64,000 nt of DNA, from positions 2,232,001-2,296,000 of the forward strand of contig SMSO01000025.1 of NCBI GenBank assembly GCA_004764695.1. The letters are read 5' to 3'. Every line of letters begins with the position of its first letter. The stretch's first letter is position 1. The position numbers and the translations under genes were made by a program. The notes beneath the pieces are model-generated. The model ran no database searches. It was not told where the DNA came from and saw only the letters and a program-made list of their open reading frames with translations. This document shows positions 51,822 to 62,984 of the stretch, one piece after another. This DNA comes from Schizochytrium sp. TIO01 (taxonomy: Eukaryota > Protista > Bigyra: Labyrinthulomycetes).

Positions 51822-53123
51822 CTCAGCTGCTGACCTAATCGAAGCGTAATGGAAAAGCAATACAGTTTTGGATTCCAACTTTTTTGTAGAGCCAACGCAG
51901 AGTTGTCTATCAATTTATCTGTTGATCAAATCATAATTGAACCAAGGAACCTACTTTTTTTTCTTTTCTTTTTTGATAAGTTTTTTTTGTTTCTTTTTTT
52001 TAAAATATAAATTATAAAATATGGGAAGCAACAAATCTTCATTTTGCAGACTTTTAATTGTTTTTCGCAGTTAAAGAAACTCATTCACGATTGGCCACAG
52101 TTTCTGTGAAGTGGTTATACTCATTAATTTCTTGAAAGTGCGAGCAACCAAGGCGCTAGTCATTCAATTAAGATCTTGTGAGTGATGAGAGCAACGAATG
52201 CTACCTATACACACGAATGCTCATGTTTTTGCCAGCCTAGAGTGGGAGTATAAAGAATTAGAATCTAAGAAATAGCGCATCTGTAAGTTGGCTTCTTTTG
52301 TTTCTTTGAAATACCAGATAAGCTGATATCGACGTATTGCAATTATTCATGAAATGGTACCATGATATTCGCAACCCAGCGCTCCTTAAATACATAACAA
52401 TTATGATGGAATAAAGATTAAATCAAGTTGATAAGAACATATGCGTACTTGCGAGAATGGTTCTTTATTTTAACTTCAACATGAAGCTATATTAAGACCA
52501 CGTGCACTTTAAAGTTTCAAAACTTTCGAGAATGCTGATCAGGCATTTTTATATTGTCTTCGAATAGTTTTCGACCCTCCGAGCACAACCTTTGAGATAT
52601 ATTCCAAAGATGAAACATTGAGTGATCATGGCTCAGAGTAAGGTTTCTAAACCATAGTTGAGCAAATAAAGAGAAATTAAAATATAGGGATATTCAAACA
52701 AGTTAGTTCATGGACAGTGAGTACCCAAATAGATCTCTAGTACAATTGTGATTTATGTATATTGCAAGGACTAATCTGAGGAAGGTGGCTTTTGTTGATG
52801 CAAATGGATTTTAAAGAAAGTCATTATTACCACAGCTGAAGCCCGTAATACCCCGAATGTGCTACGTTTAAAAACCTCAGCAAAGCCCCAAAATCTACAT
52901 ACACAGAATAGTTTGCTGATTATTCAAATAAACTTGAATCGCTGTATCTTCAGATTATCTACTTATTTTGATGAATAGCACAGACAACACCAGAAGTCTA
53001 ATGAACTGCATAGTGGCGATTGCTGAATCTCTTTTGTTGTAGAGGAAACAACACAAGTTAAACTAAGTAACTGGCATTTCTCAGTCTCTTCAAACACACC
53101 AAGCAACTTTCGATTTATCTTTC

Positions 53124-54172
53124 TTACTGAAATAGCAAATAGGAGTAAATGCCAACCAAAACCCCAGTGAAATAGGTTACCCTCTCCTGCTTTGAGTTTC
53201 GAGAGTCTCTCCGCAGCATTTCTCTATTGATATAAGTTAAGAATATCACAACCAGGGCAAGGCTAGCCTTGTTGTTCTCAAAGACCCGGGGTGCAGATAG
53301 GAACTCCCGGTTAATAGAGACACTATAGACCACGAGTGCCAGAATCGCGCTGTCAGATCCAACAGGTTGCGGCTGCTGCTTTTCAAGATACCGGCTCACC
53401 CCAATTACAACCCCGGGAAGGAAAAAGAGGCAGAGAAATGCTTGAGTACCAGCTGGATTGTCCTTCTGTACGATAGAACCAAACATTGAAATGAGGTTGA
53501 CATCGTATTCATAAATGAGGGCGAGTAAAAGCTCGTTACTAGTAAACTCCAAGGTCGGGTTAATGAAGGACAGGTAATTCGCTCAGCAAGGCTAGGACGA
53601 ATTTTTTTAGCTGCATAAAACAGATATAACAACAACTGAATGCGCTTGATGTTATAGCTAACTTTATAGTGAAAAAATATTCCAAAGATGCCTACAAGTC
53701 TGTCTTCACTGTGTGCGTCCTTCAGACTAATCATAGTATAGAAAACATAGTCCGTCAGAAGAATCGTTGATCCGTTAGATATAGGTTCGTGCCAGCTCAC
53801 GGGCGCATTGAGACTATGCCACAGCTTTAGGTGTTCATTTGAAGCAACTAGATATTTAACAGGCTTATCACTAGACCAGCCAAACCACGTGTTCCAACAT
53901 CCATCATGCATAGTATTTAGATGTACCTGACCTTCATTCATCATGGCCAACGTGAAGTTGGTGGATAGATCTTTAGGTATAGGCCCGTACCTGCTCACTG
54001 GTGGATTTCCACCATACCAGAGACTAATGCGCTCTTTGGCAATTTCATAGGCAGACTCACCAAGCCAGGTGTTCTGACGTGCAGAATCCTCAAAACTCGG
54101 TCTTGTCACCGCCAAAGTGGCCCCCATCAGAACCATGCCTAGAAATTCAAGCACGCGCATTGTGACAGTCAT
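53124..54172 (-). pseudogene. Tandem paralog of 50871..51821 with an internal duplication and a frameshift
   Basis: Colinear similarity (MRVLEF, AVTRPS, EIAKERISLW, YGPIPKDLST, RPWSLLVTSFYSPS, VQKD, LFFLPG, PQPVG, GVLVG) is split across two ORFs. Frameshift at about 53481-53515. Confidence 0.75.
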
Positions 54173-55597
54173 TTTTATCAAGACTTCATTGAAAAGGTTA
54201 CAGTTTTGGATTGCCAATTTACTTCATTACATATTCAAAGTTGCCTTGATCAATCTCCGAAACTATCTCCAGTATCAAGAGTTCATTAAGTGTTTCTGAC
54301 GTTCTTTGTCAATTTTATCAAATCCCTCTTGATCAATCACAACTGATTGATTGTAAGTATTGGAACCTGATGAGACTAGATAGAGCATTGAAGTTGATGC
54401 GCGTATTGGTGCTAGAAGTAGGATTAATCAGTCTTATTTTCTCATAATGAAATGGACGAATGTACGAAAAGCTAGTCATGTTAGGCCTACTTACTAGCAC
54501 TATTTAATATTTCTTTAGCAAGATCAAATGTACGAAAGTACCAAAAGTCTGAAAAGTGCTCTGTATGTTTTCAAGCTCGTGAATTGGACTCACAGGAACT
54601 TAACTTTCAACTTTTACCTATGAAGATGTTAGTCGACTCGCACTCCGAAAACTAAATAGTGGTGAGCTGAGATACCCCTACTTGTGTGAGCAGTTCATGA
54701 TGTTAGCTTTGGAGTGAGCAGAGACAAAAGCAACAAAGTCATATCTTGGGCCATATTCTTAATCCAATATAAGCTGATGCTAACGTAATGCGAGAAGTGA
54801 GAACCATTACCATTACAGATGCAACATAATGCAACATAAGGCTATTGTAGGTCCAAGGAACGACGGGTTGGATTACATGCGTTCAAGTGGGTTTATTAGA
54901 TCAGAGGTGCCTATCTCTATTGTTTTATTTAATTATAAACACGGAGCTAGATATAAATATTATGCATTTTAGAATCTCAGACTATCCAGAGATACCCAAG
55001 TTGGTCAATATTCCTCGCAAACGTATCCAACGTTGCTTTTGCTCTCCGCACGCCCAAGAGCTTTACAACAAGCATTCGGTCTACTCCGACTCTGAATTCG
55101 ATAATTGCGTTTTTCTTATTTCACCATACCGCTAATAGCCCCCCTTACTATTCACCTATGAAGCAGTTCAACAAGTCGACGCGCTTTCTTTCTCACTTCT
55201 CCAATACACTATTAAAACTAGCGTGCTTCTGGTGTAGCTAATCCGAAAAACTTTGCGACGAGATGATGGTTCTCCAAGAAGAACGTGTGCCTGAGGTGCC
55301 CTATTTGCTGTATCTCAACGCCCATAAAGTCCACAACGACCTTCACTCTATGTAATAACGACAAGCGAGAAGACAAGACAAGGGGGGAAAGTAGAATTAG
55401 CATTCTGATTTCTTCCTCCGTCTGAGTTCGAAGAAGCTGACCTTCGTAATAATTAATTAATCATAATAATAGCAACTCTGATAATATCTATAGGGCTGAA
55501 AGGTCAGATACGTAATAAGTACTTTTCCTGTTGATAAATTCGAAGCGCAGAACTCGAACGCGAGCTTTCACGGCGTCTGTCTTGGCGGCGTGGGACG

Positions 55598-57016
55598 ATG
55601 TCAGCAGCCGGAAGATGCCTGTGCGGCCAAGTGAGTTTTGAAATTGAGCGCGGCGTGGAGCACTGCCTTGTATCTTACAACCATGCACGAGGATACCGTG
55701 ATTGGACGGGAGCTGCGTTCTTTAGTGCCCTTCTGGCGCCTTCGAGCGTGGTGAAGATTAACGATTCGCACGGATCTCTCAAGACATACACGCAAGGACC
55801 CACGCTGCGTCAATTTTGCGGAGCATGCGGCACACCTATTTGCTGCAAGACCTCATCTGGCAACAAGGTGGAGCTTAATCGTGGTATAATGTACCAGACG
55901 ACCGGCAAGATCTCCAAGCCTATGTTTCACATACAGTGCGCAGAAGGGCTACCTGAGGTCCTGAACGCATTTCAGGATGGTCTTGAAAGATTCCCTGCAC
56001 TTCCAGACCCTGCTGCAACACAAGCTAGCCAAAAGAGGCTCCAGCAGGAGCAGCAGTCTGAGATGTCTTCCACTTTCCAAGCCCCGCATCGACAAGCATC
56101 TCAGCAAACTCCACCTCCACCTCCACCTCCACCTGCACCTGCACCAGCACAGCAGAGCTCTGGCAAAGATATGCCTTCGAGAATGACATCATCGTCATCA
56201 ACATCCACGACAAGCTCAGTTTACCCACCCCCGCCGGCGGCTCCTTCGTCACAGCCGCGGCAGTTACTCAGATTACATTCCCCACATTTGGTTGACGAAA
56301 ATGATCTTGCGAATAAAACTCATGAAATCATTAGCGTTCCTTGTGACAACATTGTGGAGCTTGTCAAGGGAGATCTTCAGAATGGCCTTGGAGGAGAATA
56401 TTCAGAATACGTGGAGGTTTTGTACAATGGCCGTGTAGGAAAGGTCTCACGCAAGGTAGTGACCTCGCTTGCAGATAGCCCTTCGTTTCAGGCGCCCCCA
56501 CCTCCGCCCCCGCCCCCATCATCATCTTCTTCGCAACAATCATGGAGTAATCAGCAGCCTAGATACCCAACAATTCCACCAAATGGATCTCGCTCACAAT
56601 ATACACCGTCACAACCCCCGCCGCCCCCGACTGCAGATTCGGGCCCTGTATATGTATCTCAGGCTTACCCCAGCGCTTCTTACCCGCCCCAGAACCCGCA
56701 AAGTATGCCAAGCCCACCACCAGCAATTGGTAGACCAGGTTCAATAAGCGGATCCTTGCAACAGTCGCACCAGCAGCAACAACAACAATCGGAATTTATG
56801 CCAGCTTACCAATTTCAGGGTCCACGCCCTGGATATGTTTACAAAAATGCCGAGCGTGGCCTTGGTTACTACAAGGACGTAGCACCAAACCCACCACCTC
56901 GGCAATATCAGCAGCAACCGCAACAACCCGAACCGCCAGCTATGGGTAGTGCCCCATCGCAGAGCAACAGCGCACAAAGGTCTGGCCCTCCAGGAGTATC
57001 AGTCCGGCGCTTTTGA
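55598..57016 (+). CDS. GFA/CENP-V-like domain + SH3-like domain + polyproline/Gln-rich tail
   Basis: GRCLCGQVSF ... RQFCGACGTPI (GFA). IVELV...YVEVLYNGRVGKVSRKVV (SH3-like). Several PPPPP tracts. FQGPRPGYVYKNAERGLGYYKD motif near the C-terminus. Confidence 0.85.
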   Translation: MSAAGRCLCGQVSFEIERGVEHCLVSYNHARGYRDWTGAAFFSALLAPSSVVKINDSHGSLKTYTQGPTLRQFCGACGTPICCKTSSGNKVELNRGIMYQTTGKISKPMFHIQCAEGLPEVLNAFQDGLERFPALPDPAATQASQKRLQQEQQSEMSSTFQAPHRQASQQTPPPPPPPPAPAPAQQSSGKDMPSRMTSSSSTSTTSSVYPPPPAAPSSQPRQLLRLHSPHLVDENDLANKTHEIISVPCDNIVELVKGDLQNGLGGEYSEYVEVLYNGRVGKVSRKVVTSLADSPSFQAPPPPPPPPSSSSSQQSWSNQQPRYPTIPPNGSRSQYTPSQPPPPPTADSGPVYVSQAYPSASYPPQNPQSMPSPPPAIGRPGSISGSLQQSHQQQQQQSEFMPAYQFQGPRPGYVYKNAERGLGYYKDVAPNPPPRQYQQQPQQPEPPAMGSAPSQSNSAQRSGPPGVSVRRF

Positions 57017-57302
57017 CAAATCCTTATAACTTGTTAATTCAAGCTTTCCTTTTCCCATGTCTTTTTTCGTGGATCTAGAAAAACATTGCGTTTAAGCATT
57101 ACCATTGTGATGTCGCTAAAATCTCATTGGTGATTTGGACGGGAAGTGGAAGTATATGAATATTGAGAGGATCTATGTTTGACAAGATTTGAATAAACAA
57201 AAAGACAAATCAAATTATAAATCAAATGCCCGTCTCTGATTCTTGACTCAAATTTCTTTTAATGGATGATGTAAATACTTTCTCTTTAATCTGACAATAA
57301 TG

Positions 57303-58460
57303 TTAATCTGGGCGCGGGGTTTGGGGCCGTGTGAACGAATTAGATCGCCCTGTGTCGATTTCCTCCTCCTTCGCTTCGGGCTTAAGCACGTGAAAGGAAC
57401 ACACAAGATCGCTGTCCACAAGCATCATTGCCCCAGCGTTATCGAATTGGTTGCAGTAGTTTACGGCGGAAAAAACAGTCACCAGTTTGCGTGTGCCAGG
57501 AGGAAAGAACTCAAAGCCTTCTGCAACAACTTGGTGTGCTCTTACAATAATGTCTACATCGAAAGCTTTCAAAAAAGCGTCCACCACCTGTTCGCCAAAG
57601 CAGTAAGACACACCACGGTCACTGGGCATCCAGACCTGAGAGTCTTTCGTGGGATCTGACCATAAAAGGTCACAAAGAAGTCCTTCAATAGGGACATCTG
57701 AAGGTCTTGGAATGTCATTTATATCATTGAGAGTAATCAGATCAGGGCTCAAACCTCCGTGCGTGGCAAATATTCTGTCATTAATAAGAGCTGCTAGAGG
57801 GAGTGCACGAAAAACTGAGTTCATCGCACGCCAGGAAGCTTCATCGTACTTCTGGGTGCACTCGTCCCAAAACCCATACAGTCGCGAAATTGTGGCACAC
57901 TCATGGTTTCCTTTCAGCATAAATATCCTGTTTGGGTACTTGAGTTTATATGCTAATAGAAGCATAGTTGTTTCCACTCCATGTTTTCCTCGATCAACGT
58001 AGTCTCCCAGGAAAAGATATTGTGAATTAGGAGGAAGACCGCCAATCTCAAAGTAACGCAACAAGTCAAGGAACTGACCATGAATATCACCCACAATGTT
58101 GATCGGCGCCTTCAGCTTCAGCAATCCGGGTTCATTCGTAAATAGCTCTTCAGCCCGCAAACAGATTCGATAGATCGCCTTAAAGTTAAGCCTCACGTCC
58201 ACTTCGTGAGCTCGGTTGCACGCTCGAGCCTTGAGCAGTTCCTCGATGGTTTCATCCACCATTCTTTTGTCCTCATCTGTCAAAGGGGATGTGAACGGCT
58301 CGAGGTCAACTTTACTTGGCTGATATGTTGACTTGCCGTTTCCAGATTTCGCGGCGCCTGAGGAAGAAGAGGAATTCTTTGGCATGTCTGCAGTTACCAC
58401 CGTGGCAACATTCGGGCTTCCTGCGGCGGCATCTGCTGTCGATTTCGCGATTTCGTCCAT
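57303..58460 (-). CDS. PP1-like serine/threonine protein phosphatase (PPP family), divergent
   Basis: GDIHGQ, GDYVDRG, GNHE, HGGLSP, CDLLWSDP, DRGVS, RAHQVV, FSAVNYC. First ATG at 58460. Confidence 0.92.
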   Translation of the reverse strand: MDEIAKSTADAAAGSPNVATVVTADMPKNSSSSSGAAKSGNGKSTYQPSKVDLEPFTSPLTDEDKRMVDETIEELLKARACNRAHEVDVRLNFKAIYRICLRAEELFTNEPGLLKLKAPINIVGDIHGQFLDLLRYFEIGGLPPNSQYLFLGDYVDRGKHGVETTMLLLAYKLKYPNRIFMLKGNHECATISRLYGFWDECTQKYDEASWRAMNSVFRALPLAALINDRIFATHGGLSPDLITLNDINDIPRPSDVPIEGLLCDLLWSDPTKDSQVWMPSDRGVSYCFGEQVVDAFLKAFDVDIIVRAHQVVAEGFEFFPPGTRKLVTVFSAVNYCNQFDNAGAMMLVDSDLVCSFHVLKPEAKEEEIDTGRSNSFTRPQTPRPD

Positions 58461-61400
58461 GACGTTTACAGGATAGTTTTCTTTTGTGAAATGACTCTGG
58501 ATCTTGATATCAAACTCTCCGAGTCCACAAACTTGCGCGAGAGGGATCTGAGCTTGGTCAAGCTTCAAGGAAGCTTCAACGCAAGCTTATGGTGGTAGGT
58601 TTTTGATGACGATGATGGAGACTAGGCAAATAAATTCAGATAACGCAACGCTAACGCAGGCGGGGCGACGGAGTCTGCGAGGCGAGACGGCAAGCTTGGG
58701 TGAGGTAGGAGGTTCCGGGTGACGCCTATCCCCGCAAGGATGTCCGTCGCAGCGCGCAGTCCCTTGGACGCGGCGGCGAGCGTGGTTTCCCTTGCGCTAG
58801 GGATCTACTTTCTTTAAAGGGAAATAAACAAGTCACTTGATTCATTCATTCTTTTCCTCATCTAGTAGTTTTACCTATCTGATGGCTATCAATTTTACGT
58901 CTGATCATTCGTTCATTTGTACTCTCCTTAGCACTTTACTATTGAGCTGTCTTTTCTCAGCGCGCTCTTTAGATTACAAGTTTGCTCGAGGGGACTTCGA
59001 GGCAAGTGACTGCTGATTCACTGATTGGGCCTCGAGCAGCCTGTGGAGGATTATAACGTGTAGATAGGCAAAGATGTCGTCAGGGACAAGTGCCACGCTA
59101 AAGGCCTGCGTGAATTCGTTTAGCTACTTTTTGTTTCATCCAGACTTTAGACCATGCACCTCGCGCGAATTGCTCAAAATGGCTTCATTCAATACATTAC
59201 TGCTCTCGGGGGATGTGTGACAATGAGCCCAAGTGGTGTTCAGGAGCTCGTTTCAGAAGGCCAGTGAATACGAGTTGTGCAGCTGCTTGATAATACCATC
59301 GTAATACAGAATGTCAGGCAATTCTGCAACTAGTCGAATGCGACTATCCACAGTTCCCATATACATAAATATATCCAAATATAGGCAGGAAGGATTGTCG
59401 TTATAGCTTGGCAGGGAATAGTTATGCTGTTCGAGTTGGACTGCAATAGAGCAAAAACGAAGTTAAACCTTGATGGTTTCCTCATCGTTGGCGTCCCGGA
59501 ACTTTTTGCTGTGGATCCATTGAACCAGAAAGCTTATCATGATGGATTGATTAGTGCTCAGCGTTCTAAGGCTTTGCATGCTTCCTTCGGTCAGCGATGA
59601 AATTCATCATCATATCTCATGTGTAAAATTGCACCTCTCCATCTGTGCGTCATTAGTCACACTTGAATGGGAGTTCATTCGATTTAGCATATGCCGATTT
59701 CAACCCCGAGTGATGTACTTCTTGCTTGTCGAGAAACTTCATCTTAGGTCCTACTCCATCGCCTCTTCGCAGCCCACGGGAGACCCGTCTTCTCTCTGAC
59801 TCAGATTATGAACTCTATCTCACAAGAGTAGATAGATAGTGCGCCACGCATCACCCAAGTTCAAGTCCCATCGCGATAGTCCATCAGCTTTGTTTGCTCG
59901 GGACCCACGTTGAGCTTTCCAATACATTGTGCCCTGAAGATTACTGGAGATGGGACGATATCCTCTAAGAAGAAAGTAGGTACGTATGTATTCTCTGTTA
60001 GGTGTGAGAGTGTTGTGTGAGCGTGTGTGTGTGTATATCAATTGCACTGGTGCAGGCGCCTATGTACAACTACACCCGCGTGTCGTGCTTGGCACTGTCC
60101 ATGCCTATGAGATGAAGACATTCCAGCACCAAATCTTCCACACGGTTGGGTGTATGTGTGTAGGTACCTACGTACCTACCTATTTGCTGGTTCGGGCAGA
60201 ATGATGAAGAAGGCAGTTTGCTTGCAATTTGCACAATCGTTGTAAAACACACGCACGTTCACTAACTCATTAGCCCAGAGATCAATCTATCTATCTCTCG
60301 AGCCATACACCGTGACCTCAATCAGTGCTCAGCATTGGACCCCGGGGATAGACCAAGATAGCGAATGGAGCTATGCGTGAAGCGGGACCCCTTGGGACGA
60401 AGGAAACCTCAAGCAAGCAGTTGATTTTGGAGTGCATCTCAATCGAGGGTCTCGAACACTCCGCCAGAATTTGGATTATCTAATACGAAGGCAACAATAT
60501 TCTTTAATACATTATTATAATTAAAACCCCATTAAAAACATTATTAAACATTTTTTAGATTTTTTAATTTTTTATTAATGATTTATAGGGTATCTTTAAT
60601 TTTTAATTTTAATTAAAATATCACGATCATCAATTAGTCGGTGAGCGAGTCAGCCTATGAGACGGTCAGGCAGCCAGTCGGGCGCCTCGAAACCCACCGC
60701 AAAGGGTTTAGGCAGCTGCAGTCTTGCCAAAAACATTGCAGGCGCCGTCTTTTGACCAGTGCCAAGCATTTGACCTTCAAGCTGAGCGATGGATTCTCCA
60801 GCCCAACCAACTGGAAATGCGATTCTTGCAAAATCAACTCTTCTTCTTCTGTGTCCTCCTTTTAGTAGATACTAGCCGCATTAGTGTTAGCGGTAGTGCC
60901 TTAGTAGTATTTGTTTGTTTATTTATTTATTTATTAGTTTATTTATTTATTTGTTTATTTGTGTGTACACACTTTCGCGCCCCTGCAGGTGTGCAATCTT
61001 TTCGATACTGCATGCAAAACTTGTATCAGTGCGTTTTCCGCAAGAATCCACCTTCGTGCTGTTAATTGGAGTCCACGCTGTCTTTTGCTTAGAGAGAGAC
61101 TGACTGCCGCAAGTAACCTCGAGGCTTCGATACCTTCAGAGACAGGCCGAGAGATACCTGTCGCCCGTAGCAATCGATGATGGAGTAGAGGCCGCTCGCC
61201 ATGCTGCTGAGGGCCCCTCTCGCCCTCTCGGGACCTCGTTTATGGAGAAGAGCTGAAGCACCATCGATCGCCCTTTGACTGAGTTTGCAGCAGTTCTGCG
61301 TTAATGCTTTCTTTCTTTTTATAACCTAAAAGCCTGAAAGAGCAATTGAAGGCGGACTACTTTGGTTTAGTTTAATTAGTAGCCTGAGAGGTCGTGTCTC

Positions 61401-61489
61401 CTCTCCTTCTCGTTGCTCGTTTGGCTTTGAATCAGACACGGATCGATTGTATATACTGCCATGAAAGAGATCCTTCAAGTTCTCTTCAA

Positions 61490-61556
61490 GTTTGTTTGTT
61501 TGTTTGTTTGTTTGTTGGTTTGATTGTTTGTTGGTTTGATTGTTGTTGGTTTGTTT
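61490..61556 (+). repeat. (GTTT)n-type microsatellite
   Basis: gtttgtttgtttgtttg... degenerating into gttggtttgatt. Confidence 0.8.
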
Positions 61557-61715
61557 ACTTTCTTTTCTTGCTCTCTTTCAAGGGCACAGAACGTGTTTGT
61601 TTTCCAACTCTTGCTAACTTGAACTACTAGCCAACCAGCTAGCTAACACCCTACCGAACACCGGCGGGCGTTTTCATCGCTTTCAATACCATTTTCGCAA
61701 CTTGTATTTGCTCCC

Positions 61716-61779
61716 AATGTCTTCGAATTTTAATGTCTTCGAGCTTTAATGTCTTCGAGTTTTAATGTCTTCGAGCTTT
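61716..61779 (+). repeat. 4 x 16-bp tandem repeat AATGTCTTCGARYTTT
   Basis: Units start at 61716, 61732, 61748 and 61764. Confidence 0.9.
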
Positions 61780-61832
61780 AAAGCAAGGCATACGGATAGC
61801 GAAGTCACTTCGTCAGTCAGAGAAACAGAAGA

Positions 61833-61870
61833 CATACATACAGACGCACATACATACATACATACATACA
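61833..61870 (+). repeat. (CATA)n microsatellite
   Basis: catacatacatacata visible. Confidence 0.8.
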
Positions 61871-62006
61871 CATTTGATATGACATGATGACATCTATCAC
61901 ATGGAATCGAAGACACTAAGAGAGAGTAACCACTTAGCTGCTGCCTAGCTGGACAGCTTAGGGTAAACGCTAGGAGGGCGGATATTCCTGCGGCTCAAGA
62001 AGGGGC

Positions 62007-62012
62007 TATAAA
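62007..62012 (+). promoter_or_regulatory. Candidate TATA box of the AIP1 gene
   Basis: TATAAA in GC-rich flanks, about 370 bp upstream of a GTAAGT donor. Confidence 0.35.
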
Positions 62013-62379
62013 CTACAAGTTGAAAGCGTTGAAAGCGCCGCTCCCTCTCTCGTCCCTCGCTCGCCGGCGCTAGCTGCCAGAGGCGCTCTCTTCGCTGCGC
62101 AGGGACAGCTGAGGAGGAGGAGGGGGCCCAGGATAAGGCAGCGGGAGCCACGGCCCCAGCCTGAGCCGCGGAGCGCCACAGGCCCAAAGCCTGGCTGGCT
62201 GGCTGGGCCTCAGAGCAGACTCTCGACGGTGGATTGACCGATTTATTGATTTTGATTTGGTTGTTGTTAAATAAAGTTCACAAAATAGAGAGAATGAAAG
62301 GATATTTTGAGCGAAGAGGAGTAGGGGTCAGATACGAGTAACGTTAGAAGTCCCTCGGCTTCTTGTTTTAATTGAAGGT

Positions 62380-62667
62380 GTAAGTATTTTTGTTTGTTTG
62401 TTTGTTTGTTTAAAAAAGATGTTTAATTTGATTTTCTGAAGAGCTTTGCTTGGACTGTTTGATTTGCATTGCAGAACTGGTTGGCACTCTGCGAATGATC
62501 TTGGGTTTACAAATGATTGCGATGGGTGGGTGGTTACAGCAGCAGAGTGGTTCGAAGGAATTGGTCTCCACCTCGATTGGTGCTGATTGTTTTGCTTTGG
62601 CTGTGGCTGATTGATTTGCTGATTGTTTTGCTCTGCATTGATTTCGAAGGTTTACTTTTGTTACTTT

Positions 62668-62703
<36 letters not shown>

Positions 62704-62962
62704 TTTCGAAGAGAAAAGAATCGAGAAGATGAAGAATGGAGAAAACATTGCTGACTGACCAAACCCGAAATCACATCAGGTTGAAGCCGTGCTATTCTGA
62801 GCGTGGGAGCTAGCTCACCGCGTCTTCCCAGACCAGATCTGTTTGTGTGAGCATATTTACGGCCTATCTGCACCTGGATTTTCCTGGACTTACGTGCTCT
62901 CTGAGACTAGGTTCGCTCGCTCAAGCTCGTCATCTTCATCTTCATCCGTTCTTGCCCTACAG
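62380..62962 (+). other. Putative 5'-UTR intron of AIP1
   Basis: GTAAGT donor at 62380; (TGTT)n and (TTTC)n inside; pyrimidine-rich cttgccctacAG acceptor at 62962, 22 nt before the ATG. Confidence 0.5.
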
Positions 62963-62984
62963 CGATCCTTCTCAACAACTCAAA

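Noticed and set aside
55250-55355. YLLYLNAHKVH, faintly like the pogo/DDE_1 LLxLDxHxSH motif
   Set aside because: The catalytic Asp is absent, there are no other transposase motifs or TIRs, and the frame is only about 35 codons.
59835-59885. GTTCAAGTCCC T-loop/B-box-like sequence
   Set aside because: The T-stem does not pair, and no cloverleaf or A-box can be built; not a tRNA.
61716-61779. Tandem 16-mers as a CRISPR-like array
   Set aside because: No spacers, no cas genes, and the context is eukaryotic.
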